DNA from: Balanoglossus misakiensis
Lineage: Eukaryota; Animalia; Hemichordata
Assembly: GCA_040954595.2 (NCBI GenBank)
Contig: CM082586.2
Span: 11,067,337 to 11,131,336, forward strand
Length of the DNA stretch: 64,000 nt
Direction of reading: 5' to 3'
Every line of letters starts with the position of its first letter. Position 1 is the first letter of the stretch. Shown here piece by piece: positions 1 through 9,623 of this stretch. The notes under the pieces were generated by a model. The model had not been told where the DNA came from. It made no database searches and was given only the letters and a program-made list of their open reading frames with translations. The translations under genes were made by a program, and so were the position numbers.

Positions 1-825
1 AATAGAGGATTCATTCCAATGAATATGCAAGTCAAGAAGTCACATAGGGATCATGACAATGACCTATTGATCATGTCATGATGATTATGTACAAGAGAGA
101 AGTAAAAAACTGGTTATTGCTTGAATTTCATGTTTCTTTTTAATCAGATGTAGTCAACAGTCTTTCAACAAGTCTATAACATGATTTTGAAATGATTTTC
201 AAAAGTACACAATTCCATACGAAAATGTTACTTTAAGATTTGTAAATTTTTCTGTATATTTGAGTTCACGTGCATAGGCTGACTCAAACATTCTTTGCAT
301 CAACATTTACCGTCCTTTCAAAAATCTTGCCTGTAGTCCAGGTTTTACATTTGCACTTAATAGCATTATAACACCATCATGTCATCCACATGTTACCCTC
401 ACAGCCAGTCACTGTGTGTATATTGTGATTCATGAAGTACATGTAGTGCTACATATTTTTTGTGGAGATGAGACACACACACACATAGCAACCGATAGAC
501 AGACTGCTTGATAATATGCTCTGACTGATCCCTAAAGCTGAAACTTGTATGTGTTTGTACATACAACACAAAGGAACTAAAAATAGGGCATTCACATAGG
601 GACCATTGAAAGTTTTCTGAAACATCTCAACTCAAACATTGACATAAAAAATACTTTGTGAACAATTAAAGTCTTCCTGGAACGTTTCAGATTTGAGACG
701 GTTTTGCCAGCCAGACCTGATCCGGTGTAATGATTAACACCTCTTCGCAACCCATTGTCTATGGGGCCGAGCCTCGCAGTGCCTATACATAAACTTTGTG
801 TGTGTGGACACAAACGACTCAAAGG

Positions 826-889
826 ATTAATGCTCTGTGTTTACCATAGGCAAATAGTGTCTCAAATTTTTCCCTGCCTGAACCTGGTA
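826..889 (+). repeat. Dispersed repeat end; inverted copy at 4719-4782
   Basis: ATTAATGCTCTGTGTTTACCATAGGCAAATAGTGTCTCAAATTTTTCCCTGCCTGAACCTGGTA matches the reverse complement of 4719-4782 over ~64 bp with a few mismatches. Both have TTAA at the outer end. Confidence 0.7.
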
Positions 890-1027
890 TCTGAAATGTT
901 TCTCATTTTACCCAGTGTAAACATGGTGAAAGACAAAATGTCCTATACCTGTATAACATAGATCATAAATTTATAATACCAGGGTTTACTTGGTCTGATT
1001 GAAGCTCTGTAATTGGTTGAAGCAAGG

Positions 1028-1433
1028 GTTTTTATTACATATGTACCGTCGATTACTTGCACCGAGCGCGCGCGTAACATCGGTATTTGCACTCAGTGCA
1101 ATACCAAAAACATTATGCTATACCTGTATGCAAATGAGTGGCCTGTTCACGAAACAAGCAATATCATTCCGCGGTCTCATTTCTTTCATTTTCGGTCTTT
1201 TTTTCAAAATGGGATGAACATATGTAATAAAAACAGAACCCCATGGCTCAATCGTGCAAGCACGGCGTACCGGTAGTATTTGCACTCGTGCTGGCGGTGT
1301 ATTCTTGCTGCCCCCCGCACGAGCGACAGCGAGTGCGGGGGACGGGCACAAGAATACACCGCCAGACACTCGATGCAAATACTACCGTTACGCCGTGCTT
1401 GCACGATCGAGCCATGGGGTTCTGTCATAACAT
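1028..1433. mobile_element. Non-autonomous element with tandem inverted repeats (17-bp perfect IR plus ~190-bp foldback), Crypton-like architecture
   Basis: GTTTTTATTACATATGT (1028-1044) is the perfect reverse complement of 1218-1234. Immediately after it, 1233-1320 pairs imperfectly with 1333-1425 (ACAGAACCCCATGGCTC...GAGCCATGGGGTTCTGT) around a 12-nt loop. The IRs are seen directly; the family call is inference. Confidence 0.6.
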
Positions 1434-2135
1434 TCTCTACTAGAAGACCTGAACAGTAAATAACTGAAATAAAATACACAAAAGAGAATGCATCTGAATA
1501 GAACACAATTTATTAACTTGGATTGGTCATGGGCATCAGGGCGCTCTACTTAAGAAATTCTAGAACATGTTTGTACAAGTGGCATTTTCATGAGCAGTGA
1601 GCAACGAGGCCTTTCTGGCATGTAATACTTAAAATCCAAACATCAGATTTTTTATCACACAAAATCATATTATATATAATGACATTATAAATGGTGTGCG
1701 CTTATATTTGGTTACGGATTTAAAACCTCTTTGAGGAAAATTTTGCAGAGAGGTCTTGTATCTACAACCAAATAACCACTATGTTCATATCATTCAGATT
1801 GCTCAGTACTATCAGCGAGTTCACCAGTGGTTTCCAGAAATCTATAGGCTAAACATATGCCATTTTCATTGTGCCTCCCCCCATCTATTTCAATACAATA
1901 AATAATGGCTGGCTTGATTTTTCACCAGGACTTTTAAACAATAGTTTTTGTTAAGATATAGACAACATTCCAGATGTGTATGAAAACTCGAGGAAAATAA
2001 TAACATTTGACCTGTCATCAGTTGTGAATTAATTAAATATTTTCATAAACCACACATTATAATCAAATTTTAACTCGTATGTAATGAATAATCGTCTCAA
2101 CATAAGAGCTGCTAAGGCTAGACTCAACAGCACTA

Positions 2136-2624
2136 TCAACACGAAAGAATTACTATTTTCTTGCTGACGTATCTGGCGATTATTCTGATTTGATAGTGTG
2201 TCGTTTCTTCTTCTGGGTTGCTCATACCCTTGCTGGCTGACATTTCTTTGTCGTATGTTTGTCTCTGTGGTAGCATTGTCATTGGCATTTCTCTGGGGGT
2301 GTTTTCTGTGTTGGCAGTTGCAGGTTCTGGTGCTAGGGGAGTGTTGACATCTGCCTGGGGTGTTGCATCGGCTGGCGGTTGAACGGTGTTGTCGTTGTTC
2401 GATGCCGCATCTCTGTGTCGTGGCGGCTGTCCGGCTCCTGCAAACGCAGCGTACTGAGACACGAATGGGTTCGGGTATGACATCTGCTGGAAGTGTTGCT
2501 GGTATGCTGCGGCTGGATAGGGTGGGGGTTGTTGGTTCGCAGAAGCTACAGGCTGGGGTGTGTTTGTGCTTGTGCTTGTTGTGGCAGTATCAGCAGAGGT
2601 TGCTATGCTTTTCTTTGTCTCTTC
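2136..2624 (-). CDS. Putative terminal coding exon (162 aa, Thr/Pro/Gln/Ala-rich, probably disordered, contains PPPY) of an unidentified gene
   Basis: Minus strand has a polypyrimidine acceptor TTCTTTTTATCCTCCACAG|GAAGAG at 2625/2624. It opens a 47-codon in-frame extension (EETKKSIATSADTATTSTSTNTPQPVASANQQPPPYPAAAYQQHFQQ) of track ORF 2136-2483, which runs to TGA. Composition is more GC-rich than the flanks. Confidence 0.55.
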   Translation of the reverse strand, partial: EETKKSIATSADTATTSTSTNTPQPVASANQQPPPYPAAAYQQHFQQMSYPNPFVSQYAAFAGAGQPPRHRDAASNNDNTVQPPADATPQADVNTPLAPEPATANTENTPREMPMTMLPQRQTYDKEMSASKGMSNPEEETTHYQIRIIARYVSKKIVILSC

Positions 2625-2658
2625 CTGTGGAGGATAAAAAGAACACAGTGTTTTTGCA

Positions 2659-2872
2659 AAGGTCGGGGAACACTGGTAATGGATTTGGGAACCCCGTTAA
2701 TATTCCTATAACCTCCTAATATAACCACATTGATACACCCAGGGGAACCCCGGTAAAATGACTGGGGAACTCTGGTAGACTGCCTGACCACTGTGACATT
2801 GGCCTTGTTCTGTTGTTTTAATTCGGAGTGACTGGGGTACTCCGGTAGATTTTATCTAGGTACCGCCCTTAA
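2659..2872. repeat. Small element with five copies of a 14-bp motif GGGGAACNCYGGTA
   Basis: Copies at 2665, 2686, 2742, 2764 and 2834. Ends AAGGTCGG and CCGCCCTT are a weak inverted pair. Confidence 0.45.
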
Positions 2873-2925
2873 CAAAAACACTAGAACAGAATCACAATTT
2901 GGAAGGCATGAGAGGCAAATACCAT

Positions 2926-3345
2926 TTAAGGATGTACACGCACAACATAAACTGATAAACAGTGCATGTGTGTCTGTTCCTGAAAGGATTACATCGATAA
3001 TTGCCAGAAAACAAACTTCTACTATTGTCTTTTTCACGAAATTTTACACATAGCTCAGTCAAGTAAACGTAAATTCATTGGTCAAAAAAAATTATGTGGT
3101 CACCAAGCTCTATTATGAGATAAATTGCGTTAAAATCTTCGCCCATAGACAAACCATTGGTGAAAAATGCTGAGACAGCAAATTTCTTCTATTATCAACT
3201 AAATTCATGGCTCTGTATTTTTTTTAAAAAGGGCAATGACCCCTACAATTTTTAACGAATTCTCATTATACATACACAGCATAATCCAAAAATCCACAAT
3301 TAAAAGAATGACAATACTTTCAACGTGTATAATACCAGCATACAC
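2926..3345 (+). mobile_element. Kolobok-type non-autonomous DNA transposon, family A copy 1
   Basis: Starts TTAA-GGATGTAC. About 350 bp align to the reverse complement of 12605-12972 (e.g. ACTTCTACTATTGTC, GAAATTTTACACATAGCTC, CCATAGACAAACCATTGGT). A TTAA target with RR...YY termini is the Kolobok signature. Right end is decayed. Confidence 0.6.
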
Positions 3346-3489
3346 CTGTTTCAAGTCCAGTGTCCTAATACACCATCATCATGAATTGGAACTCAAAGCA
3401 AGGCCAATGAGCAAACCCAGATTGACAACTCATTACACCAGCAAAGTGGTTTCTTTATGGAAGTGGTGGTACCAATAAATACTTTATTC

Positions 3490-3875
3490 AAGGTAAGAAT
3501 TTCTTATTGTAGCAGTATTTTCATTTCCATTCATGTTTTAAAGGCCTTTTTTGTAGATTCTGAGTTTCTATGCCAGACAAAGTATGATTATTTTTCCACT
3601 AATGCAGCCTGAATTAAAGTCAACATTTTTCACCATAGGTCTTTCTATGTTATTTTTCTATAGGCATGGACACATTTAAGTTTATCTCAAAACTGAGCAC
3701 AGTGGTGAGCCTACAACTTATATGAATCACTCAATTTAATTTCATTTGGATGAGTTATGAGTGAAACTTCTTAAAATTACAATAGTAGAAAAGGGTTTTC
3801 TATCAATTCTTAATGTTATCCTATGGGAAGAAACACATTCCATGAGCTCATACATGTAGTGTGTGCCATTCTTAA
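3490..3875 (-). mobile_element. Kolobok-type family A copy 2 (diverged, inverted relative to copy 1)
   Basis: AAGTTTATCTCAAAA, ACAATAGTAGAA..GTTTTCTA and TCCTATGGGAAGA.ACACA match 12819-12950 directly. Ends GTGTGTGCCATTC-TTAA (TTAA at 3872-3875), an imperfect inverse of the copy 1 start. Confidence 0.5.
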
Positions 3876-3893
3876 CCCTTTCAGTATTATATG

Positions 3894-4135
3894 AATCAGA
3901 TATAGAAGCTTGTTCAACGTCCCGTTGCGGCCAAGCCAATCAGATTGCACGTTATGTCAATCAAAACTGAAGGATACCTAAAGTTCTCTATAAGGCACCG
4001 TCTGATTGGTTTACTAGAGTTTTCAACGGGAGCTTCTATGGGAGTTGGTCAGATGTAGTGTGAGGCGACAGTATAAGAATACCGTACTGCGAAGTAAAAG
4101 ACGTCGCCGTACCCTACATCTGATTTTAATCAGAT
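3894..4135. mobile_element. Second tandem inverted-repeat element (two adjacent foldbacks)
   Basis: IR-A: ATAGAAGCT..CCCGTTG..CCAATCAGA (3902-3944) vs TCTGATTGG..CAACGGGAGCTTCTAT (4001-4039). IR-B: TCAGATGTAGTGTGAGGCGAC (4049-4069) vs GTCGCCGTACCCTACATCTGA (4103-4123). AATCAGAT occurs at both ends (3894, 4128). Confidence 0.5.
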
Positions 4136-4718
4136 TGTATGCACACATAAGCTGGTTTAGAATACTGATAAACCCTGATGAAACAATCTCAGTAAAATAT
4201 ATACAGATGAGAATGAGAATGCAGTTAAAGTTAAATATACATTCGTTGTATCTTTTGGCTTTATTTCCAGTATTTTTGTTCTATGTAGCAAATGCGATTT
4301 CATGTTCTACTCCACACAGATTGTTACTTGTCAGCACAGAATGTATGTGTATAATGGCCATTGTCATTGTTGACAATAATTCATGGATTCTAGTCTGGAC
4401 TTAAATTCCAATTTGGCACAATAACAATGCTGACCATACACATATATGTTTCATCATGTTTCGGGAATTTGCACAAGAAACTGCTAAACAAAGATACTGA
4501 AAACATAGGAAAAAGGTAAAGGTAATGGAGCTTTAATTACAATTCACACTGTATACAAAATCCATGTAAAAATTCAAAATACTGGATTTGTCAGCTTCAA
4601 CTGATATGAGGGTCACACAAGAAATTGCTAAAACGTCTCAGATCAAATACTGGCATAAATTATTATTGGTGAATGGTTTAAGTGGTCCTGAATCTTCTCA
4701 GATTTGAGACACGTCTCT

Positions 4719-4782
4719 TACCAGGTTCACACAGGGTAAAATTTGAGACACTATTAGTCTATGGTAAACACAGAGCGTTAAT
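4719..4782 (-). repeat. Inverted copy of 826-889
   Basis: TACCAGGTTCACACAGGGTAAAATTTGAGACACTATTAGTCTATGGTAAACACAGAGCGTTAAT is the imperfect reverse complement of 826-889. Confidence 0.7.
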
Positions 4783-4960
4783 ACTTTGGGGGGGGGGGGT
4801 TAGCTGGGCAGGCCCGCCCTCCTTTATTTTTTGCCACCCTGCTATCTTACGCGCCGCCCTGCTTTCTTTTCATTCCCGCCTTGGTAAATATTTATTGTTT
4901 CTGGTGCACGCTCCCGCATGCGGCTGGCATTTGAGAGAATGATATTTATTCAGTTTAGGG

Positions 4961-6050
4961 ATGTTTTGTCGCCTTTGTACAAAACACAAGCAGAAGGCCA
5001 AGTGCGGAGGGACTTGGGTTACAACATCTCCATGTACATGTACCACCCTTCGCGAAGACAAACTCAAGCAGCATGAAGAGACGATTATCGACCGGGCGGC
5101 AATGCAGCTTGACGCCGAGGCAGCAGTTATCGAGAACAGCAGCGGTCTTGTGGCTGCATTTGACAAGGTCATCACCTTTGAGACGCAAGCCTTCATGCAT
5201 CGGCGTCCTACGATGCATGTATTTTCTCATGCACAGAGAATTGCCGCACACCACCAACTTCATCCATGTTTTGGAATTGGCAAAGTCCCTCGGGTGTTCA
5301 TTCCTTGGTACTCTCAGCAGTGATGACCACAACTATAATGGTTTATTGCATTGGTAAGTAGGTCTACTGATTTTTGTGCAGATCTAAATTGTAGGCAATG
5401 TAGTAACATTTATTTAAACCTGGTTGTTTTCAAGAAAGGATCACTGTTTAAGCAATAGTGTTACACTCAATAAAGAATAATTACTGTACAAATTACTGTG
5501 AATTTTGATAAGTTTAATCTGAAGAGTAATTTTCATTTATTTTATTTTTCAGGCAAAGTCATCCGTGATGAGATTTTAGAGAAGATGAAAGGAAGTAACT
5601 TCTATTCACTGTTAATAGATGAAAACAACTAATGTGGCTGTATTGAAGCAATTAATCATCTATTCCAAGTACACCTTGAAGTCTGGGAAGTCAGTTGTGT
5701 CTTTCCTTGGAGTTAAAGAAGTAAGTGGAAAGTTTTTCAATTTTTAAGTCTACACTGAATTAAAAACATACGATTAAACATGTTTTTGAGTGACCTCATT
5801 TAATTGATTTTGCTGACTAGTTATTTCAGGTGAGACAAACATTGAGTTGTACATTGCATGTGTTAACATCAAGGTTTTATTTTCACTGTTTTAGGTTGGT
5901 GATGGCAGAGCAGACACCATTGCACAGTCAGTGAAAGAGTTTTCTTCAGAGAATGGTATTGTCTTAAGAGATCGTCTGTCTGCTTTGGGCAGTGATGGTG
6001 CTCCTGTTATGCTAGGACAGAAAGGAGGGGTGGCTACCAAACTAAAAGAA
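4961..6050 (+). pseudogene. hAT-superfamily transposase pseudogene (C17orf113/ZNF862-like) with spliceosomal introns; exons 4961-5353, 5553-5720, 5895-6050
   Basis: Exon 1 reads MFCRLCTKH..WV..PC..LREDKLKQHE (zinc-finger-like), then after a frameshift IGVLRCMYFLMHRELPHTTNF..LELAKSLGC. Donor GTAAGT at 5354, acceptor TTTTCAG at 5552. Exon 2 reads KVIRDEILEKMKGSNFYSLLIDE/TTNVAVLKQLIIYSKY (first catalytic Asp, +1 frameshift). Donor at 5721, acceptor TTTTAG at 5894. Exon 3 reads VGDGRADTI...LGSDGAPVMLGQKGGVATKLKE (second Asp motif), with donor GTGAGT at 6051. At least three frame disruptions; C-terminal half not found. Confidence 0.88.
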
Positions 6051-6859
6051 GTGAGTGAAATTTTGAGTTGTGAAGACATTGTGATTTTGTAAGTTTTTAG
6101 TTGGTGTCTTTATATCGTGACAATAATAATAGTAATAATTAAAGCTGCAAGCAGCATTGAATGGGCCCAAGCATAGAGATAATAACCATTAGACTCCATT
6201 CAGGGTTGTACCATTCAATTGCGTAGGCTGTATTTGCTCTGGATGTGGAGATATGGGGAAGTAGGCAACCACCCGAAATGGATGTCCTACAAGTACAAAC
6301 ACAACAACCACAAGTGAACTTCTACGTTATGTAAGGACTTCAGTTAAGTACTTCAAAGGTCAGCTGAGGGTACCCAAAAATTGGGCCAAAAATTTGGATT
6401 CCTATTTGGTTCATATTCAAGACAACGGAAAATTCTCGCCCTTTGGGTTTTTAAAATTAGGTATGGCCATAATAATGAGTTACGCAAGTAAGTTACAGGT
6501 GGCCCTAGGAATTTAGCATTTCATGACGGTCCTACCCTACCCCTCCAAACACGTGGCTATATATGATGTGCATGCTAACATATGGAAAGCAGGTCAATGG
6601 ACACCTGAGGTCATTCAAAAATTTGACAGAAAAATTTCATTCCTGTTTATGTCTTGTGCAACAAATCCTACATTTGCAGCCCTTTCACTTTGCCTAACAT
6701 TAGGTATGCACGTAATACATGAATCAAGCAGGTGTCAAAGGTATCCCCCTGTATTTGGCATTTCATGATAGTTTCATCCCTCCAAATACCAAAGCTGCAC
6801 CTGTACAACGGGATGAGATATGGCACTCTATGACAGAGGTCATCCAAATCACCTTATAC

Positions 6860-7720
6860 ATCAATCAATCAATCAATCAGAGAAATTTGTATAGCGCCAG
6901 TATCTATAACAAGTGTCATACTCAAAGGCGCTTGTGCTCATTGGCCCACACCATATGCTCTTGCGAAATAATGCGTCTTCAGTCTTTTCTTAAAGATACT
7001 CAAACTTGGAGCTTGACGAATGTTCCACAGTTTCGTTGCAGCATGAGAGAATGCTCGGCCACCGTATGAAGAACGTTTGTACATTGTAGTGCATAAAAGG
7101 CTCTTATTAGCTGAACGAAGCCTGCGACCAGGAGAATATGTCCGAATGAGATCGCGGATATAGTTCGGAGCGAGATTATTTAAGGCTTTGTATGTGAGCA
7201 GATTTATTTTATACTCTATCCTGTGGCGAACTGGTAACCAATGAAGAAGTTGAAGAACTGGCGTTATATGGGCAGACTTCCTGGACCGAGTTATGATTCT
7301 TGCAGCTGTATTTTGTGTGCGTTGTAGAAGGTTCAGACTGCGTTCTGGTATACCATACAGTAATGCATTACCATAGTCGAGTTTCGCTGCCAAAATAGCA
7401 TGAATCACTGTTTGACATGTTGCTTTGTTAAGAAATTTCCTGATTTGTCCGACACGGCGAAAGTGGTAATATATTGATTGACAAGTTTTCTTGATGTGAT
7501 CTTTATACATGTGCGTATTGTCAAATATTACACCAATATTGCGAGCTGATTTAACGACGGGAACAGAGCTTGAACCAATGGTAATCTTGTCAATAGCATC
7601 AGCAGAGTGATGAAATTGTGAACGAATAAGTAGAATCTCAGTTTTTGGAGTCGTTGAGTTGAAGCTTGTTTTGGGTCATCCAGTCCTTAAGATCACGGAT
7701 ACAGGCCTCAATGGACATTT
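6860..7720 (-). mobile_element. 5'-truncated L2-clade (CR1 group) LINE: RT C-terminal region and 3' tail
   Basis: ORF 6938-7510 has LDYGNALLYGIP..LQRTQNTAARII..HITPVLQLLHWLPV..RIEYKI. Upstream on the minus strand it reads IEACIRDLKDWMTQNKLQLNDSK/TEILL with a frameshift. 3' end GGCGCTATACAAAT is followed by a (TGAT)n tail at 6860-6879, typical of L2. Confidence 0.9.
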
Positions 7721-8257
7721 GGGCACAAACCAACTGACACTTACATTCGTCCCTGTGGAACAAAAACCAGCCCTATCGCCCTGTTGGTTAGTGTCTAATT
7801 AAATGTACAAAATCAATGACTTAGGCAGGTGCAACAGACGACCCCGCCTTTGGTATATCATTATGGTCCCATCCGTATATGCCCCCCCCCCTCCCAAGCC
7901 AAAGCTGCATGCATCTGCTGTGGATGCTCACTAAGCAAAAGTAGGTGAAAGGTCACATAAGGTCGCCCACAACTTGACGGGAAAATCGGACTTCATATTG
8001 ATCCATGTGCAACAAATAGCACGCTACCACCCCTTTCATTGACCCCACAATTACGCATGCACATAATTATTGAGTTATGCAGGTGTCACAGGTGACACCC
8101 GAATCGGGTGTATTATTTTAGTCCCATACAGCTGCATGTAGCTGCGTGCCGTTACGGGCGACCTGATAACCCACACGGCCACCTGCGGGCCGACCCCCAT
8201 ACTGAACGTCCAGTTGCAACATCACGACTGAAGTAGGAACTTTTGAACGGCAACGAA

Positions 8258-8416
8258 GCCTGATCTCTGATTATTGCTGGTACCATACTCCTGTCGTGCA
8301 AGAAAATCACTGGTCTGCTGACGTATTTCAGCCAATTTCCCAAACTACTATCCACTACATGTGACTACAATGCTAATGAAACCTCCCACAACATTAGCGA
8401 CTTAGGGTCAAAGTCC
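8258..8416 (+). repeat. Internal direct repeat unit 1 of the Helentron-like element (unit 2 at 10988-11151)
   Basis: AATCACTGGTCTG..ACGTATTTCAGCC..TGCTAATGA..CCACAACATTA..GGTCAAAGTCC is shared collinearly with 10988-11151. Confidence 0.75.
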
Positions 8417-8421
8417 ACTGT

Positions 8422-9043
8422 TTAAAATTTTTTCATCGGTTTTACTTTAAAGGATGCCCACAAACTGCAACAGTAAATATTACTACAATATGCCAAAAAT
8501 AAAACTTTCTTCACATCTTGACTAAAATGTTGAAAATGTCTCAATAGCATGTTTGCTCTAACACAAAATGCTCTTCTCTGTCGTTCAATATCTTCATTAT
8601 CACAACCCTCACAAGATATAACGTGGCCCAGATAGGTGTGTACAGGTACAAACTTTAAAGTGATGTCATTAAGTTTAACCGAAGGAATTCTTTGAACGCT
8701 CATATTCTTCCCATTAAAAAGCATGCACACAGTTTTACTAGAATTATAAATTATATCATAATCCTTGCCATAAATTTCACAAATTCTAAGAAGACGGTGT
8801 AGACCCTTAATACTTGGACTGAGTAGAGTCATGTCGTCAGCGTAACCTAAAGTGTTAGCGCTGACACCACACATGGTACAGCCAACTTTGGCTTTACAGA
8901 GTGCATTGATAAGATCATCAATGTAGACATTAAAAAGATAGGGAGAGAGTACTCCCCCTTGTCTTACACCGTTAGAAACAGAAAACAACTCTGAGGTTTC
9001 ATTACCCCACAACACAGTAAACAATTGATTTCTGTACCATTAA
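8422..9043 (-). mobile_element. Non-LTR retrotransposon ORF2 fragment, distal RT region (Proto2/RTE-group-like)
   Basis: WYRNQLFTVLWG..SNGVRQGGVLSPYLFNVYIDDL..GYADDMTLLSPS..YLGH..RANMLLRHF..KKVLFLAYCSNIYCCSLW contains the YADD catalytic motif. It ends mid-ORF with no tail. Clade assignment is tentative. Confidence 0.88.
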
Positions 9044-9623
9044 AGGTCACATGTCATGCTTTGGAAAGTTTTCATTTTTCCACGTCAAAAGCTCACCTAG
9101 GGTACCTGTCTATGCATTGCCTATTGTGTCGGTTCCGAAAAATGTGCACGAATGCCGGAATTTGCCACCTTTTTTCATGCCTGTGATCGGGGAGCCACTT
9201 CGCACTCGAGCCAGGCGAAGGTATTTGCATATGGACAAACAAGTACACTATGTCGTAGTGTACCATTCTGTTTACAGTAAAGTGTAATTATCGGTCCATG
9301 AGTAATTAAGTCCACAGACAAAGATAAGCTATATAAACAGTGTTCAAAGCAAAGGAAGCCCTTGCCTCACATTGCAGGCAGAGGATTTACAAAGGTGTGA
9401 AAGACTATTTGTCCACATCAAGATAAGTCTTCGGCTTAACTTCGAAAAGCCAAAAAAAATCGACTGAGTTGGGTTAGGGGTACACGCCCACCCGCCACTT
9501 TTACTTGCTTGTTATCTAAGCACAAGGGGCAAAACGCATTGCAAGATAGTAACATACGTTAACTTCAAGACCCAAATAGTGATTTTACGCGTGGTTGTAT
9601 AGGGCATGGCATGGGACCTTTAA
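9040..9623. mobile_element. Kolobok-type non-autonomous DNA transposon (576 bp, 9044-9619) inserted in the LINE RT domain
   Basis: TTAA TSD at 9040-9043 and 9620-9623. TIRs AGGTCACATGTCATGC and GCATGGCATGGGACCT match 14/16. Removing it rejoins the LINE frame as ...AVRILY*WYRNQLF... Confidence 0.88.

Noticed and set aside
999-1506. Five overlapping short ORFs on both strands
   Set aside because: They are a by-product of the GC-rich foldback element (mirror peptides on opposite strands) and show no protein motif.
2360-2719. Plus-strand Cys/Leu-rich ORFs 2360-2719 and 2493-2711
   Set aside because: These are antisense shadows of the minus-strand low-complexity exon.
3872-3886. piggyBac-like end TTAACCCTTTCAGTA
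   Set aside because: No matching opposite terminus was found, and this TTAA is already explained as the end of family A copy 2.
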